This document shows positions 39,460 through 52,775 of a stretch of 64,000 nucleotides of DNA, piece after piece. Where the stretch lies: positions 145,018,001 through 145,082,000 of the forward strand of contig NC_042998.1 of the NCBI RefSeq assembly GCF_006345805.1, given 5' to 3'. The stretch's first letter is position 1; each line of letters opens with the position of its first letter. The position numbers were made by a program, and so were the translations under genes. This DNA is from Octopus sinensis. Lineage: Eukaryota. Under the pieces are notes generated by a model, which saw only the letters and a list, made by a program, of their open reading frames with translations, had not been told where the DNA came from and searched no databases.

Positions 39460-41316
39460 CAGATGGATAAACAGATAGAGAGACAACTAGATAGATGGAT
39501 AGATAAGTTGATTGATTGACTGATTGCCCCTTCAATACTGTCTATGTGGATTTTTACATTTCAAGAATCAAATGTGTCAGAAAAATATAAATTTCCTCAT
39601 ACAATTTCCAGAATAACCATGGAATTTCCATGGGTAGCACTAATAATTATTATTTCTGAAACCTCATTAATTCTAAGGAAAATTGTGCTTGTAATTTTTC
39701 TAAAATGTGAATTAGGGGAATTGTCAGCAATAAAGTGAAGAAACATTTCTATGATTAGAAGGAACAACACCCCAAAAAATATTTATAATATGTTACGACG
39801 AATGTTAAATGGTGTATGGTTGAACACATAATATTTAAAGTAAAAAATACTTGATTGCATTTTATTTTAACATAGCAAGTACCACACTTAGATGAAAATT
39901 TTAGAGTTGCTGATTCATTCAACAATTTTCAGACATTATAATTTGGCCATTTTTTTTTTGAGCTATCAATTAAAATTTATTTTATCTGATGTTATAAATG
40001 AAATCAATGGAACAAGCCTAATCAAGATTTTTTTTAGGAGAAAGTTTACAGCATTTTTCATGAGTCTAATAAATGTTGACAGCAACTTAAAAATATTTCT
40101 ACAACAGATATAAGTGCAAGTGTGGCTGTCTACTAAGAAGTTCACTTCCCAACCACATGGTTTCAGGTTCAGTCCCACTTCTTGGCCACTTAGGCAAGCG
40201 TCTAACTATAATCCTGAGCCAACCAAAGCTTGGCAAGTGGAAACTGAAAAAAGCCCATCATTCACACACACACACACACACACATATGTATGTACTTATC
40301 AGTGACTGTCTTTGTCTTTGAGTTTGTCCTCCACCACTTGACAATTAATGTTAATTTGCTTATCTTCCCTTAACTTAACAGTTTGGCAGAAGAGGCTGAT
40401 AGAATAAGTACCAAATTTTAAAAAAGGAGAAAATTCTGGAGTCAGGTTGTTCAGCTAAACCTCTAAGGTGGGACTCCAGTATAGCCATAGTCCAGTGATT
40501 GAGACAAGGAAAAATAAAACATATGGGTGCAGGCATGGCTGTGTGGTAAGAAGCTTGCTTCCCAACCACATGGTTCTGTGTCCAGTCCCACTGCGTGGCA
40601 CCTTGGGCAAGTGTTTTCTACTGTAGCCTCAGGTCGAACATGGATTTAGTACATGGAAACTGAAAGAAGCCTGTCATATATATATATATATATACATATG
40701 TGTGTGTGTGTGTGTGTGTGTGTTTGTGTCTGTGTTTATCACCCCACCATTGCTTGACAACCGATGTTGGTGTGTTTATGTCCCTGTAACTTAGTAGTTT
40801 AGCAAAAAATACCAATAGAATAAATACTTAGCTTACAAAGAATAAGTTCTGGGTTTGATTTGTTTGACTAAAATCCCTTAAGCTCGTTCTCCAGCATGGC
40901 TGTAATCAAATGATTGAAACAAATAAAAGATTAAAAGAATAAAAGAATATGAGAAATATTTAGAATAGTTTGCATTTTTTAGTCCTTGATGACTATCCAG
41001 CTTAAAATCTGCTGAAGTGGTATGGAGGATCTCTTCAGTTCTTTATCCTCTTTCTTTTATCTTCTTTTACTTGTTTCAGTTATTTGACTGCAGCCATGCT
41101 GGGACACTGTCTTGAAGGGTTTATAAAATAAGGTTAGAAACCAGCTCTTTCTCTATTGGCAAGAAATGTTGAAATAAAACTGAATAATGACATACATACA
41201 TACATATATGCATACATGCATGCATACATACATGCATGCATACATACATACATGCATGCATACATACATGCATACATACATGCATGCATGCATACATACA
41301 TACATACATACATACA

Positions 41317-41348
<32 letters not shown>

Positions 41349-41410
41349 GATATTTTAATGGAGGAAAAGAGAAAGCAAATCAATGTTTAGTACATTTCCA
41401 TGAACGAATA

Positions 41411-42009
41411 CCATAAATCCTCGAGTATAATCCGCATTTTTTCCCAAAATTTAAAGGTCAAAATCCCTAGTGCGTACTATATATACAAGGTTAAAAATGA
41501 AAAATATCTTCTAACCAATGTCCGAGTCTCTGTTTGCTGTTCGGTAATGTTTATTCTGATGCATTTTGTTATGTCAGGCATGAAAATGCCTTAAGTCAAG
41601 CCTGAAAGCAATGAAGTCATAAAAGAATCATCCATAACTTGCAGTAAGCAACATTTATTAAATGTTATTACTGCTATTTCTTTATTTTCTGTAAACAAAA
41701 TGCACAAAAAAGCTACACATTTGCATTATATTCCCTCTCTCTCTTTCGGAGAGGCACAAGCATCTACACGCACATATACATACACGGCAGTAACTTCCAC
41801 CTACCGAATTCAAATATTATATATACAATAATAATAAAGGACATTACCGTATTCAGTTTTACAAACCAAGGATGTTATATAGACCTCCTTGACTCAAGTT
41901 AGAGAAGAGGTGCGTATTATACACAAGGTTTAGGTTTTACAGCGAAACAGCCCCCTAAAAATCCCCTGTGTATTATACTCAAGGGCGGACTATACTCGAG
42001 GATTTACGG
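41411..42009. mobile_element. Tc1/mariner-superfamily (Tc2-like) MITE
   Basis: TIRs CCATAAATCCTCGAGTATA / TATACTCGAGGATTTACGG flanked by TA...TA. Confidence 0.8.
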
Positions 42010-42189
42010 TACCATTTGTTTCATATTACACATGAATTTATGCAATTCATGCAGTAGATGCAATAAAAGTCGAGAATTGTACTAGCCAGGTTCCTGCATG
42101 AAGTGCTGATGAGGTGATCACTTTGCTTATACCTACCCCCTCAACTGTTATACATACATACATACATACATACATACAAACATACATAC

Positions 42190-42222
<33 letters not shown>

Positions 42223-42489
42223 TCATACATATGAGTTGTAGTCAAATTGTATCTGACCTTTGGCCAAAAAACAAGTAATATTAGAAAACTCACTATTTTG
42301 ATTTAGTTTCCTTCAAAGTATTCACCTTCTGCCAGCGTTCCTACCACTGCTGGAAAAATTTCTGGAAATCACTTTTTGGGATGCTGTAGAGATGTACTGG
42401 TGAATTTCTCCCTTTGGGTGTTCTTTTGAGCATTGGGAATAGCCAAAAGTCACATGGGGTCAAGTCTGGGGAGTAGGATTGACCAAGAG

Positions 42490-45400
42490 GAGGGAGTTGA
42501 GAATCAATCAAACCCAGTTAACATGGAAATGACATTGGACACGAATATGGCTATTCATTCGAACAGTGAACTTTAATTGACTCTGAACTCTCGAACTCAT
42601 TCAGATCATTACTGTTTATACTTTACTTGGACCAGTCTGTTTCTTGCAAGGAGGCATTACAACATCTCCCCTTTCGAGATTTTGACTACTGTGAGAAAGT
42701 GGAATTTCTTTTATTTTTCCTCTTTATCTTTCCAGCACCTCACCCTCTTTTTTTCACTGGTGTATCTTAATTGTTGCCCAACTTTTAAGGTTGTATTGTT
42801 CATTGCATGCAACACTTTTTCCTTTCGTTGTACTAAGCACTCTTGTTAGCACTCTTTTTGTTTTTGAAAATTTAATATCTTTTTTATTTAGGTATTACAG
42901 AAATTTTTGTCGATTTTCGTTTTCTGAAGCTAGTTCTATGAGGTTCAATATCTCTTGGTGCTGGCACTTCAAACATATCATAGAAGACTTCCATTGGTAT
43001 TACCCTTCGTTCTTCTGTATGTCTCATCTTTAACTGGTTAAAGTGTCTCTTATGTTCCAAATATTTTCCTGTAATTTTTAAAATGAACTTTCTCCCTTAC
43101 TTTGAAATGTTTTGTAATATTTTTTGTATTTCCTTCAAATGTATTTTTTTGTCTTTCCCTTATATGTATTTTTTCCTAGCAATAATCTATCGAAGGGTGA
43201 TTTTATTTTACACGCAAACATTAGCTCTGCTGGTGACTTTCCTGAATTAGTATTTGGATTTGGCATAATCCTATATACTCTCCAAAATTTTGTTACTGCC
43301 TTGTCATTATCTAGCTCATTCCTAGCTTTTCTTAGAGCTCTTTTGAACATGTTGACAAATCTTTCCACCTGCCCATTTGACCTTGGGTTGTAGGGTGAAG
43401 TAAAGATGTGCTTTATGACATGTATTTTTTAGAAATTTCTTAGTTTATATCCCGTGAATTGTGTTCCACTATCTGAAACTAATGTGTCTGGAATACCATA
43501 TCGAGCAAATAACTTGAATAAGAACTTTATTGTTGTCTTTGCTGTGGGTTTATTACATCTGCATACCTTTGGCCACTTTGTACAGTTATCCACAATGATC
43601 ATATAGTATGCGCCATTTAATGGTCCAGCGTAGTTGATAGGTATCCTGGACCATGGGCTCTCAGTATCTGGCCACGGTTGGTATTTTACTGGTGGTACTT
43701 TGGTTGCCAACATGCAACCTCTACATGCTTTTACCAATTTCTTCATGTCCCTGTACAGGTTGGCCAATATACGAAGCTCCTCACTAAAGCTTTCATTCTG
43801 GACATTCCTGGGTGCCCACAGTGGAATTGTTGCAATACTCGTTTTTGTAATGCACTTGGTACTACTACAGTTTACGTATACATTATGACACCATCGCATA
43901 GTGAGAAATTATTTGAATTTGTACTTTTATTATGCCTATTTTTCAATGTTTCTTTCATTCTTGTAATGTAACTATCCTCAACAACTTTAATTTTTATATC
44001 TTGTGCTGTCACCAGCAATTCCTGGATTATATTACACACAATTTCATTTTCTGACTGCTATGACACTACCACAGTCTCTTCTAGCGGTTCCACGCTCTTT
44101 GGAATTAGCCTTAATAAGCAGTCTCCATGACTAATTTTCTTCAATGGAATATACTGCATCTTAAAATTGTAGTTCAGCAATATAGTACCCCAGTGTTGTA
44201 GTTGGTTCGCTGTATGGGTAGGCAATCCCTTCTTTGATCCAAAGATTGATTGTAATGACCGGTGGTCAGTTTGTAACAAAAAGCTTCTACCATGTAGAAA
44301 TTTGTGAAATTTTTTTACTGCAAAAATAATCGATAGAGCCTCCTTCTCTATCTGATAATACTTTTTTTCCCACTGCTATCAGTGAATGTGAAGCATGAAC
44401 TTCTGGCTTCATATTTCCATCTTTATACTTGTGTAGCAAGACTGCTACTATTCCATACTCCAAAGCATCAGATGCAACAACAATGTCCATTCTAGGATGG
44501 AAATGCGCTAGTGACAAGTCAAAAATTAGTATTTTCTTTATGTCTTCAAGTGCATTTTGGCACTTTACTGACCAATTCCATTTTACTTCTTTTTTTTTTA
44601 GTAAATCGTTTAATGGTGCTCGCAATTTATATTTATTTGAAATGTACTGTCGATAGTAATTTACTAGGCCAAGGAAAGCTTGCAATGTTGGTATGTTCAT
44701 TGGAGAATTCTTGATTACGTCTACCCTTGACAAGTCAGGACGTCTTCCTTTCTTATCTATGATTTGACCTAGGTATTTGATTTTAGGCAAAAGAATTCAC
44801 ACTTCTCTTCACCGAGTGTGAAACCATAATCCTTAATTTTTTTAAAGACACACTTCACGTGTTCAATATGCTCATTCCATGATTAGCTTTTGATTAACAT
44901 GTCATGGTAAGGAATAACAAATTGACAGTCTGCCAACATTGCATCCATCACCTGTTGAAATATGGCAGGTGCTATTTTCAGTCCAAAAGTTAGGCTATTG
45001 TATTTGTATAGACCTCTATGCATGTTGACCACTAACAGCTTTGAGCATTTTTTTTACCTACATTGATTTGCAGATATGCATCAGACAGATTGAGTTTTGA
45101 GAATATTTTTCCTCCGTTTAGTTTTGTAAAAATATCTTCTGGGATTGGTAGTGGATAATGGTTCATTTTTAAATAGTCATTTAAACAAGATGAAAAATTT
45201 GCACACAACCTAATTTTGTTATTTTTCTTTTTTATACATACAGTCAGAGCTGCCTATTTTGTGTAATCTGCTTTTTCAATGATTCCGTTTTTTTCCAATC
45301 TGTCCAACTCATTGTCCACTTACTTTATTGCAGCAAAAAGCACTCTCCTATTAGGCTTGAACACAGGTGTAATGTTATCATTTAATTAAAAACATGCTTT

Positions 45401-45722
45401 AGTCTTTGTGCATAGTTTGTCTGAGAGTACCTGCGGAAATATTAAAAAAAATTTCACTTTAACTCTCCAGACAAAATATTTTTAGAGGGACAATCATTTA
45501 TGTTTTTGCAATAGAAATTTATGGGAGATCCTATAAATAGAATAATTCTAACCAACAATCAATATTCCTTGAGAACTAATCAACTGACACCTGATTTCTC
45601 TGTGAACTAACATAAACTTCACTTGACTCTGAACCCTCAAACTCACTCGGATTGTTACTATTCATACTTTACTTTGACCAGTCTATCTCTTGCAAGGGGA
45701 CACTGTAACTCTCATTACAACA
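42490..45722 (-). mobile_element. Decayed Ty3/Gypsy LTR retrotransposon (RT-RNaseH-integrase, no gag or protease seen)
   Basis: Diverged LTRs at about 45560-45722 and 42490-42664, both starting TGTTGTAATG. A polypurine tract AAAGGGGAGA lies at 42674-42665. Motifs: YPLPIPEDIF, IKYLGQII, VASDA, QTDHRSL, PWSRIPINYAGP, LVSDSGTQFT, SNGQVERF. Confidence 0.9.
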
Positions 45723-45926
45723 TGCATATTCATGGTGCACAATACCTCTAAAGTAAAAAAAAAAAACAGGTCATCATCATTTAACATTGTTTAACATTGC
45801 TAGGCACTTGTCTTGCTTTCTTTGGTTTTGGCGAGGATGAATGCTTCCATTGGGATGATTGCAATTTTGTTTCAGGGTCATAACCATACACCCATGTTTC
45901 CTTGCCAGTGATGATAGTGTTCATGA

Positions 45927-46167
45927 TAGTGTTTGAAGGCGGCGAGCTGGCAGAAACGTTAGCGCGCCGGGCGAAATGCTTAGCGGTATTTCGTCTGCCG
46001 TTACGTTCTGAGTTCAAATTCCGCCGAGGTCGACTTTGCCTTTCATCCTTTCGGGGTCAATTACATAAGTACAGTTACGCACTGGGGTCGATATGATCGA
46101 CTTAATCCGTTTGTCTGTCCTTGTTCGTCCTCTCTGTGTTTAGCCCCTTGTGGGTAGTAAAGAAATA
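45927..46167 (+). mobile_element. Young intact SINE with a 14-bp TSD inside the mariner
   Basis: TSD GATAGTGTTCATGA at 45913-45926 and 46168-46181. CpGs are retained, and a B-box GAGTTCAAATTCC is present. Confidence 0.9.
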
Positions 46168-47868
46168 GATAGTGTTCATGAAGTTTTAATCTTGGATAGC
46201 ATACTCCAGCATGTCCTGGGAGATTTCCTTTCTGTTTTCTTTCCATGGTCAGACAACAACTTTTCTATGAATTTGGCTGACATCCACCTCATGCACAAAT
46301 CTCCTGTTATAATTGATTGAACTGACCCATGGCTGATTCCAACTTTGGCAATAATCTCCTCAATAGTCACACAACAGTCTCCATAGACTTTACCTCGAAC
46401 CTTTGCAATAATTTTTTCATTTCTGCTAGTCAATGGTCTGCCACAACGTGGCTCACTATCCTCTGAGGTGCGGTCATCTTTGAACTGATTATACCACTCC
46501 TTTATTTGTGTTTTTCCCATAGCGTCATCTCCAAAGGCCTCTTGAATCTTCTTGATAGTCTGGGCTTGTGTATCACCAAGGTTTTGGCTGAATTTCATAC
46601 AGCTCAATGTGCTCGGTCATCTTGACTAAAAAAAAAATCACATAGTACACTCTTCACATCTGTACTCAATGCATCACGGCAGGTGAATGATGCAACCTAC
46701 AGAAACAGAAATTTTTGTGTATGCTCAGGAAGGATGCGGCCACCTAATGCTCATGTGGATTTTGTTCACACATTATTATGTGCAAAAAAAAAATCAAGGT
46801 AGGATACTTTTTGACTAAATCTCGTACATGCATACATGATGGGCTTTTTTCAGTTTTTTCTTCCAAATCTATTCACAAGGCTTTGGTTGGCCCAGGGCTA
46901 TAGGAGAAGTCACTTGCCCAAAGTACCACACAGTGGGACTGAACCTAGTATCACATGGTTGGCAAGCAAGCCTCTAAACCACACTGCTATGCCTGTGCCT
47001 ATATGTTTTATTTCTATGTCGAGCAAAAAAAAATGTCTCCAGTATTTTGTCATGTGTGGTCTCTTACAGTCTGAGTTCAAATCCTTTCAACTTCATCATT
47101 TATCTTTCTGGTAAAGTACTAATGAAAGATTGAGTTGATGTAAGATCCCTATAAAGCATCCAAGATGTGAATGGTAATTATTATGACTGAAGAAGGAAAA
47201 GGGAGATGAGGAAGAAGAAGAAGAAGAAGAAGAAGAAAATGACAATGATGATGATAACAATGTGGTATCTTTCAGTTTTGAGATTTCAATGATTGCATAT
47301 TTTTAGAATGACATTATCGGGTAGGTGTGAAAAGCCAGATCTGGTCAGTTTGAACAAACAAGTAAGATATTTTGGCTGGATATGGCCAGTTTAAATGCCA
47401 AAAAGTTTTTAATTTGTTTCCAATTTTGGCACAAGGTCAGCAATTTCAGGGAGAGAGTAAGTTGATTACATTGACCTCAGTGCTCAACTGCTACTTATTT
47501 AATCGACCCCAAAAGGATGAAATGTAAAGTTGACCCTGACGGAATTTGAACTCAGAATGTAAAGTTGGATGAAATGCTGCTAAGCATTTTACCCATCATG
47601 CTAGCTATTCTACCAGTTCACTGCCTTCGCAAAGTATTAAATTAGAAACAATTATTATTGAAGGAAGACAATTGAGTTTGTCGAAGGCAGATGAACTCAG
47701 TAAGAGTACAAACTGTAATAAACCTATTATTGAGTGAATAAAATCCTAAAATTTGAAATTTGATAATCTCTATCAATAAAGTTGATTGGTTGGTTGGTTG
47801 ATTGGATGGTTGATTTCTTCTAGTTACACTTTACATTGTGGAGAGAGATGCAGGATAAGTGTACATGC

Positions 47869-47946
<78 letters not shown>

Positions 47947-48119
47947 CAAAATTCCAGTGTTGGCACCTCAACACTGATTTTGTTTCTTATAACTTGTTGA
48001 AATATATACATTTTTTTCATAAACTTTTTCAGAGATAGCTTTTTGATGGAGCAGATTGTGATAAAATTTGGAAAAATAATGACACATATTTATTGCAAAT
48101 ATACAAATGAGAACTTTAT

Positions 48120-48435
48120 TTTATTACTTCCGCATTAGCGAAGGTGGCAGTATCGTTTTGAGTCATGTTTGTTTGTTTGCCGTGGACAAGATATCTAAAG
48201 AACTGCTGGATGGATTAGATTTTGGGATCAATCTGGTACTGGTCAAGGATTCTGGATTATTTTTCCGTTTTTTTTACTTAATTTTTGCGAGCAGTTGGGT
48301 TCATTTTTAGTATTCTCATTTGTGAGAGCAGTCAAATTTATTTCAGATATTCTCATTTTAAAAATCATCTCCAGTTAATCATTGAGAGGACGTTCATGTT
48401 GCCTTGGCAGAGGTTCGTGTTCTCTGAGTATTCTT
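48120..48435 (+). mobile_element. Possible Helentron-associated (DINE/HINE-like) element
   Basis: 5' TATTACTTCCGC, a (GTTT)n seed and a subterminal inverted copy GGCAGAGGT near the 3' end. Confidence 0.45.
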
Positions 48436-48869
48436 TTTAATTTTGTTTTGTGGTAATAAATACTTTTTATTTGAAAATTAGTATTTATTTCATCATTTTG
48501 TGGAAGCAGCAAGAAATTTAATAAAAACTTTGTTATAATTATTGTATGTATGCCATAGTGCTGAAGGTGGCAAAAGTATAGTTCCAAAGTTACTCATCAT
48601 ATGATGAGTAACATTGTTTTTATTCAAATAAATGATAATCACGACTACAACTATGTAGACAATAGCATTCATCTGAAAGATCTTCCTGCTTGAGGAACAA
48701 TTAGGAAATTAAAACAATTAATGAATACAACTGCAACTATTTCTGCTGAAGTAGAAAGAGGTGGTTTTTTTTGTTCATTAATATTATTTATGGTATGAAA
48801 ACATGTCACTTAGTATAGCACATGTCTGAAATACTTATTATTAACATATTTTATACAACAATACATGCA

Positions 48870-48907
<38 letters not shown>

Positions 48908-48910
<3 letters not shown>

Positions 48911-49253
48911 TCATCATCATCATCATTTAACGTCCGCTTTCCATGCTAGCATGGGTTGGACAAATGACTGAGGGCTGGCGAACCAGATGGCTACACCAGG
49001 CTTCAATCTTGATCTGGTAGAGTTTCTACAGCTGGATGCCCTTCCTAACGCCAACCACTCCGAGAGTGTAGTGGGTGTTTTTACATGCCACTGGCACGGG
49101 GCCAGTCAGGTGGTACTGGCAACGACCTCACTCGAATCTTTTACACATGCCACCAGCACAGGTGCCAGTAAGGTGATGCTGGTAACGATCATGCTCAAAT
49201 AGTGTCTTTTACGTGCCACCGGTACGGAGGCCAGATAGCCGCTCTGGTAACGA
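48908..49253 (-). mobile_element. RTE LINE 3'UTR copy
   Basis: (CAT)n, then TTTAACGTCCGCTTTCCATGCTAGCATGGG and GTGCC..GGCAC modules. Confidence 0.88.
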
Positions 49254-49308
49254 TATATATATATATATATATATACATATATACATACATATATAAATAC
49301 ATACATAC

Positions 49309-51440
49309 TTCTCCTCCCTCGTCCACCTTCTCTCCCTTTTCATCTGTCCCTTTCTCCTGTCTTTTGTTCTCACGTGACAGCTAGCCGCTGTTGAGCGCTC
49401 TTTTCGTTTTCAGCAGCCTCAGAAGCAACACGTATTTGTTCGTCTCCCCGTGGCCTTTAGGCACAACTTCACAAGCCAGCCCCTACTCAAATCGTCCTGT
49501 CGAAAGACCCTTGTCCTACGTCCTGGTTTTGTTTTGTTGTTTATTTTTTATTTTTACCGTTATTGTTTTTACGTTTTTGTATTCTTATTGGTGTCACGTA
49601 TTCTGTATTTTTGTTTGTGTACTTCGATCGTTTTCCGTCCTTTCGTTGTATACATTCGAAGCTTTCTTCCAGGGGATCTAATGCGCTTGGCTTAGATTTC
49701 CCTTGGCGGGCTGGCCATATCGGAGCAATCTCAAGATTAATCAGCCGAAATTGCTAAGATGATCTGGTTCTTGACTGATGACTGAGGCTTCGAATGTCCC
49801 GTCCTGTGGTTCTTGTGTCGTCTCTGTGGTGTTTCATGTTCTTGTCCATGTCTGTAATTAATTTTACTGTTTACCTATATAATCGGACGGCTACGTATCC
49901 ACAATTGTCCTTATACGATAAGTATATTTTTTTTCTCAAGCTTTGATACGACTCTTAATCTGTCTCTTTTTCTCTCTCTCTTCTCCTCCCGTATTCCACT
50001 TCCTTTCTTTCCCTCTCCATCCGTCCCCCCCCCCTTTCTACGTTTCTCTATCTCTCTCACTCTCTCACCTCCAGCCCCCTCGATCTGTCTCTTTCTTCTC
50101 CTCCCTCGTCCACCTTCTCTCCCTTTTCATCTGTCCCTTTCTCCTGTCTTTTGTTCTCACGTGACAGCTAGCCGCTGTTGAGCGCTCTTTTCGTTTTCAG
50201 CAGCCTCAGAAGCAACACGTATTTGTTCGTTCTCCCCGTGGCCTTAGGCACAACTTCACAAGCCAGCCCCTACTCAAATCGTCCTGTCGAAAGACCCTTG
50301 TCCTACGTCCTGGTTTTGTTTTGTTGTTTATTTTTTATTTTTACCGTTATTGTTTTTACGTTTTTGTATTCTTATTGGTGTCACGTATTCTGTATTTGTT
50401 TTGTACTTCGATCGTTTTCCGTCCTTTCGTTGTATACATTCGAAGCTTTCTTCCAGGGGATCTAATGCGCTTGGCTTAGATTCCCTTGGCGGGCTGGCCA
50501 TATCGGCAATCTCAAGATTAATCAGCCGAAATTGCTAAGATGATCTGGTTCTTGACTGATGATGAGGGCTTCGAATGTCCCGTCCTGTGGTTCTTGTGTC
50601 GTCTCTGTGGTGTTTCATGTTCTTGTCCAGTCTGTAATTAATTTTACTGTTTACCTATATAATCGGCGGCTACGTATCCACAATTGTCCTTATACGATAA
50701 GTATATTTTTTTTTTTCTCAAGCTTTGATACGACTCTTAATCTGTCTCTTTTTCTCTCTCTCTCTCTCTCCTCCCTATATTCCACTTCCTTTCTTTCCCT
50801 CTCCATCCTCCCCCCCCCCTTTCTACGTTTCTCATCTCTCTCACCTCCAGCCCCCTCGATCTGTCTCTTTCTTCTCCTCCCTCGTCCACCTTCTCTCCCT
50901 TTTCATCTGTCCCTTTCTCCTGTCTTTTGTTCTCACGTGACAGCTAGCCGCTGTTGAGCGCTCTTTTCGTTTTCAGCAGCCTCAGAAGCAACACGTATTT
51001 GTTCGTCTCCCCGTGGCCTTTAGGCACAACTTCACAAGCACCCCTACTCAAATCGTCCTGTCGAAAGACCCTTGTCCTACGTCCTGGTTTTGTTTTGTTG
51101 TTTATTTTTTATTTTTACCGTTATTGTTTTTACGTTTTTGTATTCTTATTGGTGTCACGTATTCTGTATTTTTGTTTGTGTACTTCGATCGTTTTCCGTC
51201 CTTTCGTTGTATACATTCGAAGCTTTCTTCCAGGGGATCTAATGCGCTTGGCTTAGATTTCCCTTGGCGGGCTGGCCATATCGGAGCAATCTCAAGATTA
51301 ATCAGCCGAAATTGCTAAGATGATCTGGTTCTTGACTGATGACTGAGGGCTTCGAATGTCCCGTCCTGTGGTTCTTGTGTCGTCTCTGTGGTGTTTCATG
51401 TTCTTGTCCATGTCTGTAATTAATTTTACTGTTTACCTAT
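49309..51440 (+). repeat. Tandem array of a ~780-bp non-coding unit (about 2.7 near-identical copies)
   Basis: Units start at 49309, 50096 and 50872 and differ mainly by 1-nt indels. Both ends run into TA-rich microsatellite. Confidence 0.95.
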
Positions 51441-51462
51441 ATATATATATATATATTAGATA

Positions 51463-51508
<46 letters not shown>

Positions 51509-51511
<3 letters not shown>

Positions 51512-51796
51512 CAATTCCAGCATAGAAGGTGTTTATAAGCTATTTAAAAGTACACAAAACCGTTAGATTCATTTCAACATTTAAATTCAATTTGTTGAAA
51601 AATTTTTGCCACTTTGAAACTGCGACCTGTTCACTGAAAAATACTATGCTGCATTATGGAATTTTGTCAGTGTACAGGTCGTGGTTTCAAAACAATGAAA
51701 GCATTTCGAAAAATTAAATTTAAATGTCAAAATGAATCTAACTGCTTTTGTGTGTTTTTAAATGGCTTATAAACACCTTCCATGCTGCAATTGTTT
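51509..51796. mobile_element. Fold-back MITE
   Basis: AAGCAATTCCAGCATAGAAGGTGTTTATAAGC...GCTTATAAACACCTTCCATGCTGCAATTGTTT; palindromic along almost its whole length. Confidence 0.85.
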
Positions 51797-51869
51797 TTGT
51801 TTCAGCACAAGATCTTAGGTCAGGTCACTTGTTATGCACGTACATCTCCATAATATATATATACATACA

Positions 51870-52523
51870 TATATATATTATATAGAGGGTACTATTATTC
51901 ATAGGTACCGCACGCTAGGAGGGACTCTTGCAGTCAAAACTACTAAAATAAACAAATTGTACCGAATGCAAAACTTCAAAGCAAGTAATTTAAAAACAGA
52001 ATTTAGTTACATATCACCTGTGATTTTGCAATCAATGCAGAATATGCATTCTATGCTCATCAGTGCAACAAACTCAAGACATATAAGAAAAAACACAACA
52101 TTACAAACCTGACAGCCAACCGTAGAATTTGCCGCAGCATGTACGAATGTTTATCTTTACATATCTATGAAAATGGCGGGCTTATTCGCAATGCATTTCG
52201 GTAACAAATTGCCTAGTCGGAACAAAAATTCAGTACTGAACTATTCTGGTGAAAAATATAAATTTAAAATTAAGGATAAAATCTTTATAAGAAATTATCA
52301 GTAGTTAGCGTGAAAAACCTCGTAAGAGAAAAAAATCCGTAAATTTTTTCACTTTGAAAATATTTATTTATATTATATAGAGGGTACCTATGAATAATAG
52401 TACCCTCTATATAATATAAATAAATATTTTCAAAGTGGAAAAATTTACGGATATTTTCTCTTACGAGGTTTTTCACGCTAACTACTGATAATTTCTTATA
52501 AAGATTTTATCCTTAATTTTAAA
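51870..52523. mobile_element. Element with a partial direct repeat and a terminal 125-bp inverted duplication (Penelope-like architecture)
   Basis: TATATTATATAGAGGGTAC occurs at 51874 and about 52369. The palindrome 52263-52387 / 52400-52523 has a 12-nt spacer. Confidence 0.65.
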
Positions 52524-52542
52524 CATATATATATACATATAC

Positions 52543-52775
52543 ATCATCATCATCATCATCATTGTTTAACGTCCGTTTTCCGCGCTAGCACGGGTTGGAC
52601 GGTTTCGACCGGGGTCTGGGGAGCTAGGGACTGCCCCAGGCTCCAGTCTAGTCTGGCAGTGTTTCTACAGCTGGATGCCCTTCCTAACGCCAACCACTCC
52701 GCGAGTGTAGTGGGTGTTTTTTACGTGCCACCTGCACAGGTGCCAGAGGGGTCTGGCATCGGCCACGTTCGGATG
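52543..52775 (-). mobile_element. RTE LINE 3' tail copy
   Basis: (CAT)n, TTTAACGTCCGTTTTCCGCGCTAGC and TTTCTACAGCTGGATGCCCTTCC. Confidence 0.88.

Larger units (their letters stand above)
42232..46824 (-). mobile_element. Mariner element, full-length ends, interrupted by Gypsy and SINE
   Basis: Matching TIRs (TGAGTTGTAGTCAAATTGTATC / CGAGATTTAGTCAAAAAGTATC) with TA flanks. The transposase has an HTH at 46607-46176, ITGKETWVYGYDPETK, RGIVHHEYA and YSPDLTPCDFWLFP at about 42480. Confidence 0.88.

Noticed and set aside
49391-51318. 80-130 aa ORFs in the tandem array
   Set aside because: Frames differ between near-identical units, the composition is F/L/S-biased, and no domain is recognisable.
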